From contig NEEC01000011.1 of NCBI GenBank assembly GCA_002189035.1, positions 3,224,001-3,288,000 on the forward strand: a stretch of 64,000 bases of DNA, read 5' to 3'. Positions 22,833 to 35,178 of this stretch are shown here, one piece after another. Numbering within the stretch: position 1 is the stretch's first letter; every line of letters begins with the position of its first letter. Below the pieces are notes generated by a model. That model was not told the DNA's origin. It searched no databases and saw only the letters and a list, made by a program, of their open reading frames with translations. This stretch comes from Utricularia gibba (taxonomy: Eukaryota > Plantae > Magnoliophyta). The translations under genes were made by a program, and so were the position numbers.

Positions 22833-25642
22833 CTACATGCGAAACCAAAACAAAAATAACAATGACGCCATTAGAATCGAGTACGGATTCCAGGACATGG
22901 TGGATCGAGGAGATGCAGAGGAGTCTCCGTTGTACCTGGGAAACCAAACACATGGAAGGAAGGATGGTTAGTAATGAATCAACAATGATAGCGCTTTTCC
23001 TTTCCTTGTCAAGATAGTATTACCTTTGCAGGTGGCGCAATGCACCGCAGTAGAGTGCATTGTCGGGTACAGGATTCACAGTCTTGTTGCTGGTATCCTC
23101 GGGGTTAACTATTCTCATGTAGGTTTCCTGGCCAAGATACCACCTGTCGAGATTTTCGCTCCTGAGATTCCAGACGCCCACGTTGTCTAGGGAAACATAC
23201 ACTGCAGTCCACCCTCCCACAAAGACCTGGGAAGAGATGGCCATTGAGATCAATGAACAAAACTGAACGAACCTCAATCAATCTTACCTGCACTGTGGAA
23301 CGGGATATTGCATCCCATCTGTTGTAAGAGCCTCTGCAGTTTTCATTCCATTCACCATATCCCATCCTGTAAGCAGACAATGTCAATCACCACTCTATGA
23401 TCAGATATACCGCAAGGTTATAATACTTGCGAAGCACATACCCAACCACAAAGAATGAATAACCATCAAGATGGAACGACTGAACAACAGTGTCATTGTT
23501 CTGCAGCACTATTTCTATGAACCCCTTGTATGTAGCATTGAAGATGGATACGTCCCTAGCAGGTGGCCGACCCAGAGGGTCAGTCGGGAAGTCCAGCTTG
23601 TAGGCACCCTTGACGTTGTATGCATCAGCAAGATTTATTGGGGTATCAGGGTTTACAAATGAAATTCCGTTATATGCAGCTCGTGACACCCCTCCAATCA
23701 ACATCGGAGATTGAATTCTGAGAAAATAAGCATCTGAGACATTGATGGATCCATAATGAAATGAACCTTGTGGATTGGGACGAGCCCCGCTTGCAGAACC
23801 ATTTTGCCTGATCCATGTTTCCTAAATGAGAACACATTATTGGACATGAAACAAATAAGGATCACGGATCCAGGTACCTGATGGATATGGCTTGATTCAG
23901 TGAATAAGATGTGTCATAGACATCATTCGGAGAGGGGGAAGTGGGCCGGATGCCGGTCCCTTGGAGTTGGAGTAATGCAGAACGGCAACACCAGTCACAC
24001 TCTGCCAAAGGGATTCGTTGACAAATCTCGCACTTGCTACAACGTAGTAGTCACTGGTTGCATTCTGGTCTGTGAAGAGAAGGAAGGAGTATGACTGGCC
24101 AACATGGATGTCCAAGCTACTGTAATTCTGCATTGTAGTGTAGTAGCCCTCTGTTTCTACCAAAAGCAAATTATGGTTCTGAATTCGAAAGTTCAAGCAA
24201 GTTGAAGTTCCCACATTATGCACTCTAAGACGATACGTTTTTCCTGCCAGGAGAAAGTACAGACCATAGTTTGCTAAGCTGAGCAATAACGAAGGCAGCA
24301 GTTGAAACTTTCAAAAACTTACCAGGATCCACGCTAAATGATTCATATTCAATGCCATATGGAACTAGAGTGGTGTTGTATCTATACGGGCCTTTTCCAT
24401 TAATCAGAACACCATCCGGCATGCCCAACTGGCTTCCATTGTCAAGTGCAGCCCTCAGGGCCTGATATCATAATGGAGGAGGCAAAATGATGCAGAGAGA
24501 TAGAAGAATGCATACAATTATAACAGATGAAATAGACTGCATCACCACCTACCGTATGATTACGAATATACCAGTCGCCAATAATTATAACTATTTCCCC
24601 GTCAGGGGTAGCAAAAGGAACCGGAATGATTTCTCGGTTCATGATAACAAAGGGGCCAAAACCACCAGAAGCTCTCTGCAGGTTCAATGACGGGAAGTAG
24701 AAGAAGCTACCAATCTGATCCTTAACCTGAAACTGATAGGTCCAGTTCCATCTTGGGGGTATTGGGCAGTTCGTTCCAAGAAGACCGTCCTGCCATGAGG
24801 AACGGCGGATTTGAATGCCAGGCCTAAGAAACAGAGCAATCATCTTCTCAGAGAAGTAGAAAGAGAGGAATATTATATTGCTCATAATCCACTAGTTTTT
24901 CCCACCATGTTACGAGTAGATTCTCGTTTAGCTTATTCTTGACATTCACCACAACGTTGTTATTGGTTGTGACATTAATAACAGGACCCGGGAACTTCTT
25001 GTTAACAGCAATAACCTACAAGCAGCAATCTGTAAGTATGAATTCGTAGCAAACGATCCAAATGATAAACCCACTGAATGAAATATCTAAAGCAGAAATG
25101 AAGAACAAAACAGTATCCATGTTCAATGGCCAACTAAGACAGAGACCAAATCATGTTGTAAACACATAGCACGGGAATATATTTCCAGGGCCACCCTTTA
25201 TGCAACAGTGAGTCCATCGTGGTCCTAACAAATAGCGAATCAGACAAGGTCCCCTTCTTATTCATCACTGTTGGGAATGAAACTGAGAGAAACCACTAAA
25301 TACATGGCATGAAAAGTTGTCAACTTTCTTCTCCGAGAATAAAAGCATAAAGTAAGAATCGCAGTAATCTAGACTGAAAAGCACCAGGAAGCAAGGTAGC
25401 TTTCCATTACATTTACGGAGAAAGTTGAACGAATGAGAACCCACTAAAAACTTAAACCAAGAATCGAAATTTGGACAAGCACGAAAAAAAAAAGAATGTG
25501 GCCATAATCGTTTGACCTGTTGAGGAACTCCAAGCGGAGAAACAATAGCGTAGGAGAACTCCAAGTCGAAGTACACAAACGGGTCGGCAGCAAAAGTAAC
25601 GCCGATCACCAAAGCAATGCAGATCCAGAACGAACACCCCAT
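22833..25642 (-). CDS. SKS1: SKU5-similar monocopper oxidase-like protein (SKS1/SKS2 clade, GPI-type C-terminus); apparent -1 frameshift at ~23932
   Basis: Nine GT-AG exons: AADPFVYFD...SPLGVPQQ, SSWQDG...TNCPIPPRWNWTYQFQVKDQIGSFFYFPS, PDGVLINGKGP, GARPNPQGSFHYG, GVWNLRSENLDRWYLGQETY, hydrophobic tail ending at 22833. Confidence 0.92.
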
Positions 25643-27369
25643 TGCGACGTCTCAGGCAATCAACACAGTCAACCAAGTTTCCGTTCCTAAGCCCCTGCCC
25701 TGCCCTCACGTAAGTTAAGACCGATCAGCCACCGAAATGCCAAGATTCTTGAATCACCGCCGTAAAAGTCGCAACAAAAAGTCTCCTTTTTTGTGGTATT
25801 CACAAAACAGAGAGGAAGTAGTAGTCTGGAGTACCCTCCAATCTCCGCGGCAGTTACGACGTTATTCTCTTTTGCAGGTGCAGACTTTCAACTTATTCTG
25901 CGCTCCACTGCGGCAGAGAGAGAGAGAGATAACGGAAGACGCACCGGCTACTCCCCCAGCCGGTCCGCGTTTCTCAACAACCCCAAAGCGTCTTGTATAA
26001 CTAACCCCCCGGCTACTGGCTAGAGGCGGTGGATCATTATTCATTCATTCACATTGTAGGGCGGGCGGGCGGCGGGGGATGTGGGCCCACCTCCCATAAT
26101 ATCCGGACGATGTGGGCCCCGGAACACTTATCGAGCCCAGCCGGTGCCAAAGATTCCTTTGCTTTCCATTTGTATCGAATGGCGTTTGGCGGCCGCCACC
26201 GGCCACAGTGCAGCATCATTCACGATCCGTACAATAACTCCACAGATCATGTCCATGCTTTTATTTGCCCTGGTCAACCATCCTGTCCCTTTTGTGCAAG
26301 TTTTTGTGCATCCAGAGTTGAAAAACAGATGACCCAGTGACGGCCGTGGTGCGTTGCCATGAGCAAAAGCTGAAGTTTCAACCTGCTGTGATGAATGACG
26401 CCTGCTGATTGCTTCACATGACTTTTAACACATTGTGAGATAGAGTTGGCTGTGCACAGTTTAGCGCATGAGCATTGCATTTGGAAAGGGGCTTCAGAGG
26501 GGATCAGATCAGCAAGCAACAGAGGGATGTGTCCGGGTCACGATGCCTTCTCCCTCCTTTCAGGGGATGAATTTGACCCTTGATTGGTCGTTAAACGTCT
26601 TAGAAGCATAAGCCCACTCTGCTCGTAGCCCAATGTGGGAAGCCAGTTTATCATCATACAGTGTGGCCTGGCCTTCAACCCACGTTTGATCCTTGGCCTG
26701 TTGTCTGACGTGTCCGGCCCGTAGCTGGAGTCCACACGAGCCGGACACGGGGCTACATCCAGATCCCAGTGGCATTCGATAGAGGTAAAATAGATTATTT
26801 ACAAATCAGCATTCAGCAACACTTTTAATTGGTCTGCGGAAAAGGAAAAAGGATATGGATGACGGAAGGGGCAGAGGAAATATGCAGACGCAACGAAGCA
26901 TGGTTAGGAATTGAAGCATTTACCTAAAAGTTAAATCCAATTCAGGAACGCCGTCCTTCGCCAAGATACCATCGAGTTGGTCTAAGCGTAGTCTAAATCT
27001 CCCATCCGGAAATCCTTCTCCGGCAGCAAACGACTCCGGAGAGATCGGATTCCAGCAACATGGCGATGGAAGCGTTGCGCCTCGTCCGCATGGTCAGACG
27101 GCGTAGCCTGGGAGGAACCGCCGTAAACATCGCCGGTCATCTAATGTCGGTTATGGATGGGAGAATTTGATTCGGAATCGGCGCGCGTTCGTTTAAACAA
27201 AGAAAATGCCAAAAAGAATCAGGAATTAAAGTAGCGGTGGAGGATTGGACACGTGGACAATTTTATCCATCCACTGAATGGGGCCCGCCTGTTCAAGCAA
27301 CAATGCACCAATGGGGATGTTTCTTTCTGGTTAGATTGAGCGCCGGTTAGCTCCGGGAACATGGTTGGT

Positions 27370-29723
27370 TCATCGACTCGGGGACACGTCCTCGCCGGCC
27401 TGATCCCACGTCAAAGTGTAGTCTTGAATTTCGGCCGATTTCATCTTCCAGATCTTCGCCGCCGCCCGCACTCCGGCTCGCGTCGCGTTGTTGAAAAGGA
27501 AGATGCCCAGGGGGCCATCTGCCGCTTCCGTCGGATAAACTCGGGAGGTGATCACTCTTCTTCCCCCCTGAGCAAAGCTCTCCACGATGGAATGGTCCAC
27601 CTACGCCGCAAACCCTTCAGATCTCTAACACAATTAGATCAATCTCAACACAGAGTCAACCTACCAGTGATCGAATGCTCATCTTCTCCCCTTTCAGCAC
27701 CGGGACGCTGCTCCCGTACACCACGTTATTCACGTCGGAAGAAGCCTTGGATGACCTGACAGAAGCAGCCATAGTTGTGAGCAGAGTTAAGCAAGCTTTT
27801 CAGAGTTGCGCCACTGAAATGCACACCTCAACTCGTCGGCGCAGAAATGGTACTCGATGCGGCCATCCGGCTGCTTGGCGATGTAGAAGTAGATGGGCGT
27901 TAACTCCGACAGGTGTCTGGAGGCGAGCACCACAATCCCAAAGGGCCCCAACGCTCCTCTACTGGCTGCGCCGCCGCTAGCCGGGCAGTTGTATCCGGAA
28001 GCATCTTCCGCATCCACCGCTTCAATCGATGGTTCCACCATTTCGAAAGACACCTCTATATCCAACTGCAGAAACCAGTTTCATTACGTTACAAGAGTTG
28101 CTTCTTGGCACCCTGCACCAAAACTGTCTTCTATTCCAAAAAGTATTTAATGAACCTGCGATGCGGCGGAGCCGACATGGAGAGGCACCATGGAACCAGG
28201 TTCAAGCATCACATTCGTGAATTCAAAAAGCTCCCCTCTCAACTTCTCCACCTCCTCCACTGGCCATTGTAGGAGATTTGTCCCTGTTTTTTGATCAAAC
28301 TGGACGGTTCTTGGTATGGACTGCATCCAGAGAACAGATACACAATGCGTCAGCTGGGTAGTGTTCACAAGCGTACAGAAATCAGTTTTTCATGTTACCT
28401 GAACAGAAGCCCAGCCCTTGATGATATCAACACTTTCAGCATCGGTTTCTCTGATCCAACCCACAAAATCCTCCTGTTTTTGTTCTGATCGTAAAACGTC
28501 TTGGAAGCATAGTACTCACCGTAGTCGTATCTCAGACCAATCCCCGCGTCGGAAGCCGGGTCGTCCGGCGTCCACCGGTTCGCTGCCGCATCGTATGTCC
28601 CCAAGGCATAGTAATCGTGCTTATCATCATCCAAGCTCACCTTCAACACATGTTTGACCCCAGGCCCGTTTGCCGATGTATCCAATCCGTGGTGGGAATC
28701 AACAAGAACGGGTAGAAATCGATGCACTCCCACATACCCGTACCCGGAACCGCGTGCAAGTATCCATCCAGAAGCTCGTACTCCACGAAATCGGAGGTCT
28801 CGTAAACGAGGGCTATCCCCGTCTTGTTGATCTTAGACCCGATCGTGATCCGCCACTTTTCACCGCCAGGCGCGAGCCACGCCGTGGTGGGATCCCTAAA
28901 GTCCTTTTTCCCGATCCCGGGCGGAGGGGTGAGGACGGGATTCGCGGGGTGCTTCACCCACTGGAGGAGAAGCGGGTCGGAGAGGTTAGCCGGGATAGCA
29001 AGACATTGGACCTGAACGACGTCGTGGGTGTCGCCGGTGTAGAGCATTACGATTCGCCCGTCGGGGAGGATGGTGGCAGATCCCGTCCATACGCCATTGA
29101 CATCGTAGGAGTGGTCGGGAACCATAGCGTAGGGAAGATGGAGCCAGTGGATGAGATCCCTTGAGACGGCGTGGCCCCAGGTGATATTGCCCCACACGGC
29201 GGCGTCCTGATTGTACTGGTAGAACAGGTGATACCATCCCTTGTGATACAACGGACCTAACAATGAGACAGAATTCGAATTCAAATCAAAGCACCCGGAT
29301 AAAGAGGATTGAGACATGTTGACTGGAACTTACCATTAGGATCTGACGCCGGGAATGGAAATGCCGAGAAAGAAGCAAAAAAAGAGGGTTAGCGAAACTC
29401 ATCCCAGACAGATATTCCTAAGAAATACTTTCCAATTACCAACCATTCATCCAATTCTTGTGGGGCTGAAAGTGGAATGCCGTCCTTTGCCAATTCAGGA
29501 TCTGATTGCTCCACCCGAAGGAGGCCGAATCTCGCCGCAGGAAGACCTTCTCCGACACTCCCTGCGCCGGCCCTCTGGACTCCGGTCGGTTCGAATCGAA
29601 TTCCAGAATAACGGTGAGCAATAGGAAGGATGCCAGCAAAATGCAGATCAGGAACCTTCTCTTCCGGGGCGCCGCCGTGTGAGCGTAGTGAGCTTCCAGG
29701 TCATCTGCCAGAGCGCCGCCCAT
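27370..29723 (-). CDS. Vacuolar acid beta-fructofuranosidase (GH32 invertase); two apparent -1 frameshifts in exon 3
   Basis: N-terminal TM anchor and [10 protein letters not shown] motif, WMN/DPN/G across a 9-nt micro-exon, FRDP, WECID (vacuolar type), [16 protein letters not shown]. Frame breaks at ~28710 and ~28461. Confidence 0.92.
29334..29342 (-). other. 9-nt micro-exon (ATCCTAATG) encoding DPN of the invertase NDPNG motif
   Basis: Flanked by CAG and GTAAGT on the minus strand; supplies the catalytic Asp. Confidence 0.95.
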
Positions 29724-30594
29724 CTCGTAGCGAGCGTATCCTCCCGAACAACACACACACCCAGAGAGACAGAAGAGAAAAGGCGTCACTTGGATGCCAG
29801 AAACCCCCGCCTCAACCACTATATAAATAAATTCGTCCCGTTAAATAAATAATATTTTACTCACTTGTGGATAAATATTTATTTTTTTAAAAAAAAAGGA
29901 CCAAAAATGATGAACATAACATGTGGTGGACAGCTCTCTTCCGCTGTCCGCCAGACTGAAAATATCACCACACTACTCCATGCCCTTGATTGGAGGATTG
30001 GCGTAAATTTTTTGATCTATTTTTTATTTTTTTAAAAAAATTATAAAGAATAAATTATTAGAAAAAAAAGACAGCCACTGGATAAAATAACACAACTTAC
30101 TGGTCATTTTTAAAAATTAACAATTCTGGCTCTTTACCAATTTTTTACTGATTTTTAAAAGGATGGTTAATTTGTTAATAATCTCCAACTTACAACTTGA
30201 TTTGATATCAAAAAATATCTTTTATTAAATATGTCTGATACGTCAAAATTTGAGAATTAAATATGACAATGAAAATGTTTATATCATTTTCATCAATCAT
30301 ACCAATTTTCAAAATAGTGAAGATGTATGCTCGATCTTCAAATGAAATGAAAGTGGGAGTGGTATGATTTTAGAAGATTGGTGAGATAAAGCACGAGTAA
30401 AAAGGGAGAGTTTTTATTGAAAGAGAAGTGGACACACGCCATGCCATGCCATCTCTTCTTCTTCGTGTATGTACACTGAAACCAGGTGAAAGAAAAAAAG
30501 GAGGGGGTGTTGAAGAAGATGAGTCCTCCCATGGCGGGGTGGGCTGGCTCCCTCGCCCTCTCTACAAATTACAACACCAGGAGTAGTGTAGTGG

Positions 30595-33500
30595 TCACCT
30601 TTGCAGAAGATTATTCACAGTCACCACCACCGAGTTTGTTCTCTGCAGATCCTGCACCACAAAAACCCCCACGCTCGTTTCTCGAGTTTGCAAACTGAGG
30701 CACCAAAAGGGACATGATGTACCTGTAGTATGGTGTTCTCATCGACATGGGGAAGTACTTCCCGGACTGTAGCAGCCATGGCGAGGATGTTTGGTGATGG
30801 AACGGACCTCCCTCTGGGATGCTGCGCTGAGGGGACGCCAGGGGTGGTGGTGTTGGATGCACTGGTGCTGGCTTGGGAGGGGCTGGGAGGAAATAGGCTC
30901 CATGATGTGTCTTCAAGGGCGGTTTGGGCGTATGTTTCACCCACCGCCGCGAGCTGCCGCATTACCATCTGAACTCGGCTGAACCCCGATGGCCCAAGTC
31001 CGCCGCCATCCAACGCCAGCCATCTGGAGTCCACTCCCCTCCGGCTGCATGCAGCAAACACTAACTATTACTACAAGAGACTGGGATCTGTAAACGAGCA
31101 TCGCATAGAAACACAGACCCCCAGTCATTCATCTCTGCGTTCTGAGACTGGCTGGGAAATTCAGCATGGCCAGCCAGATTCTGCCTGTCAAGTCCGGCGC
31201 TGATTTGGCGAGCAAGCTCCTCGTCTCTTGAAGTGTCTGGTGCCATGTGAGCACTCGTCCCATCTGCTGGTCTGTTTGTGAGCGGTTTCCGGCAAGTGGG
31301 GCATGAGTAACTCTCGCTTAAACCTTGGTCCAACCTGCCATTGGCCACCCCGCTTCAGTTCGTGCAAAACCAGAGCAAATGCACATATTCATAACAGCCA
31401 AAACATACCAAGATCTCAAGCACACGAGATGGAACAGATGTTTGCAGGGTAGTTTCTTTGCCTTGGCCATCGGTTCCTAAGGGATTCGTCGTTTGAAACA
31501 CACCATTGAATAATGCAAAGCAGTAAACCAGGGAGGAAAAAAAAAAGAAAACTTTGGAAGTAGTATTACCCTACAGATCGCACACTCATCATTGTATATA
31601 TGAAGCTCTTCAGACGTAGCATCAGGCAGTGCTCCATGGAGTGTTCCTAGAGCAATTCGCAGTTTGATGAATCCTTTACCACGTTTCACCAATGCGGACA
31701 AAAGGGCCTAAAAGCAGCGGTTGAACTTTGAGCGAGAGAAGGAAATGAAGAGAACACAGAAATAACCATTGAAAATTACACGGATGTTTAGGAAAAGGAT
31801 TGCATCAACAATGTGGAATGCCATTCCGTGAAGCCACCAGATGTGCACGTAATGTGCAAGGGCCATGATCATTGTCATAATGTCCAGGAAAAAACCCAAG
31901 TCCCGGACAAGGACGCCTTTGCATTCTCCTATCAAACCTTTTTATCAAAAGAACACCACAGTGGTCAACATATGCAGACCCCAATAGGGAATCAAATATA
32001 AGTTATGACATGTGTCGGCAAGTCTTGACACAGAATGCTCAAAAGTCCGAGTAAAGGTTGGATAAACAGAGATTCTAGCCAGTAGCTCATTAAACTTCAT
32101 TATCAGTGAACAGATTTATAGAATTCTAAGAAGAAACAATAATAAAAATTGCTGACACAAACATGAATATGCTCCATTAACGTTAAGAAATTTTGCAATG
32201 TCATGCCTTTAGATGCCAGAAACACAAAATACCTCCAGGGGTGATACCAAATATTTTAGAGAATCGGCATTTCATGATTCCTGACGTAGAGTGATGCCAT
32301 ATCTCAAGTAACTGAAATCCGTGGACCATAATGGCCTACACTTAAGTTAATTAACTGTTAGTAATGTAAAACCGCCATTATTTCTGTCTAATATTTCTGC
32401 GCAAGGCAGAATTACCTGCAGCGTCTCAAAAGCAATACTACAAGGTTCAAAAAATAACAACAAGTATATTGGTGAGCTTGCTTCTCTGTATATTGTGAGG
32501 CACAACACTATCCTGCAACATGAACCACAACTAAGCCAGAAAATCTAGAATACCACCACAAAAAAGTGAGAAAGCTGCATTTTTTTTTACTTTAAAAATT
32601 GCAAATCCTTCAGCAATAAGCCATAAACATGATTAAGTACTCCAGAAAGCCATATAGTATTTCTAAGTCTAGATTTTGAAAGAATGAATTACAAAAACAC
32701 CAAATGAACAAGAAAATACAGAAAGTAAAAATAAATGTAAGTACCAGAGCATGTCTAAGCAGAAGACTAGTAACAGAGCAGAATATACACGAAAATATGC
32801 CCAAGGAGTAACAGAAGGGCATGCATTCAACCGCTCAAGCCTGTCTCTCGCCAATGCTTGAAACATCTGCCATATGTGCCAAGGATTAATTTGCACAAGT
32901 ACACATTGACCATAGAGTATCAAAAGCTTCTTCAAAACATCAAACAGAACCTTAAGAAAACAAAGCAAGATCAACCAAGTTGACCACAACCCTGCCTGGA
33001 ATACTGCTGGTGGAACAACTAATGGTAGGAACGTTCCCTGCACATTACCCGTTAAAAGTTAGCCAACAACATCGGAAGCATTTACATTTATATTGGTGTT
33101 TAGCCACATCAATTAAATTTGCTTTTGGAAAGAATAAAATTAAGATCAGGCAGGTTGGCAATCAATACTGGTCACAGCAAAATAAAGGGCCTAAGACAAC
33201 CCACAGATTTCAAAATAACATAGGCATATGATCTGTAAGTCGGATAAAAACTCAAACCTGTCAATTTAAAGATGTATTTAAAAACAGGTATCAACTAGGT
33301 AATAGTTTGAGGAACTGAGGAATGCATGCGTATGTTACCTTGTAAATGATGTAATTAACAAGGCGCTCAAGCATTTTCCGGATCTCGGATGTGTACAGCT
33401 CTGAAAAAAATATTTTCTGCATACAAGAGAGGCATGAATCCGGAAACCATACAGCTTGCTCTCTTTGAATCTCTATGTAGAAATATGTGAACCGTACCTT

Positions 33501-33737
33501 TAAACACAGAATTACTGAGATAACTAAGTTTACTGAAAAACTAGCTATCAGTGTGAGAGTTGTACATGAACTGGATATTGTGTCCCAGACATGGCTTGGA
33601 CTTTCGAGGTTAACATGGCCGTTAATCAAAATGTCATCCAACCTATATTTTCCAAGTAACTTTTCTCTCCAATGCAGAAGGCCCACAAGACTCAGAGTGG
33701 TACAAACCACAGAGATGGACAAGAGGTTTACACCCAT
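30595..33737 (-). CDS. RIN2: Membrane RING-H2/CUE E3 ubiquitin ligase RIN2/RIN3 (gp78/AMFR-like)
   Basis: Multi-exon: TM segments, MFQALARDRLERLN, HIWWLHGMAFH, RING DECAICR/EPMAKAKKLPCKHLFHLVCLRSW/LDQG...SCPTCRKPL, CUE-like TVREVLPHV...LQ/DLQRTNSV-stop at 30595. Confidence 0.92.
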
Positions 33738-35178
33738 GGGGAAATATGAAGCCTTTTCACCAGCACCGAAGTCCCAAAAAATCATGAGAGCGAACTTGGC
33801 ATTATCCTCTACCCACAAAAAAAGATATACAATACCATCAGTTGATATTGAATTTTAAAGTATTGGATTGCCTACAATGTCAACGATTTTGTAAAACAAG
33901 AACAGCAGTTTCAATTAGAAGTTTATAAAGTCCACAGAGATGCACAAGAAATGGGATACAAGTGGCCGTTAATAGTGGTTTAATCAGGAATCCTCGCCAC
34001 TCCATACATGAACTACCGTTAAAGTTGAATCAACCAATGGAGCAGCAACCGACATCCCAAAAATGATCCGATAATTTATCAGCAGCTTTCTACAAGAAGA
34101 CATCATATATCCAGGACGAGGATGCGCGTCAAACCCTAATATTGAATGCGAAATACCATCAGGAATTCGGGAAATCAAGAAAGAACAACCGCCAGGACAC
34201 GGGAAACTAATTGGGTTGCCGGAGCGTGATGAAAGGTCAAGAAAAGAACAAAATCAGCAACAGAGTCATCAGCCCATGAAGCAACCACCAAGACATCAAT
34301 GAAAGAAAAGCATCAAGGCAACCGCTTTAGCCCAAGTCCCGTGAGAATTACCATGAGCGATTTGAAGGCATCGGCGTTGAAGTTGCAATCTTTGAATCCT
34401 TTTTCTCTTACCCAGAAAACAGAAAGCAGAGTTTCCGCGAGAGAATAAAGAAACGAAAATTACAGTTGAGTTTCGGTATATTCATTCCCCCAAAAATATC
34501 TCTTGAGCCTATTAAACGACATTGCGCATTTGCATATTCTTAATCCTCCCATTATTTTATCTTGCTCATGTTATTTGACATTTTTCCGAAAAGCCAAAGA
34601 GAAACATTCGCACAGTGCAGCTCCTAATGCTAGGAGTCGAAAATTCTTTGGAAAATTTAATGTGCGCGGAGAATTCCGGTCAAGATAGTAGCTTTCCGAA
34701 TGGATCAATCATCTTGACTAAGCTCCGGCCTCCGGAGTTGAAAGCCTGATTTTTGTTAACTTGGGGTAGATAGATCGAACGATTTGGGGCAGAAATGGAC
34801 GAAAAGAGCAGTTTTTTTTTTGTTCGCCTAAGTGTTCTATCGACATTTCTCCTGTATCGACGAAGTCATTTATGGATTTCGTTTCAGTGCGAAGCGTGTG
34901 GATGAATAACACCGCAAGCTGCGGTAGGATTCATGATCATCAACTGACGATGATAGCTCTGATCACAAAACATAGCTTGTGCGTTGGGGACGAGGTCGGA
35001 GAACAAGAATACAGTGGGATGTTTTTTTTTTTTTTTTTTTTTCAATGGCGAGAATAGAGTACAGTAGGTGTGATAGTTTTTCCTTGACATCATGTTCCCA
35101 AATCACCCCCCCTCTTGCTTAGGGTCGCCCCATCGACCATTTTACTACAACGCTTCCCCGAAGTCATCATCGTCTTCC

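Noticed and set aside
26625-26645. TTCCCACATTG resembling the plant snRNA/Pol III upstream sequence element
   Set aside because: No correctly spaced TATA box, and no snRNA, 7SL or telomerase-RNA-like sequence follows.
6886-29723. Cell-wall or apoplast 'gene cluster' (unknown GT-like gene, TBL, EXL3, SKS, invertase)
   Set aside because: The genes are unrelated by pathway, interleaved with housekeeping genes, and explained by ancestral synteny.
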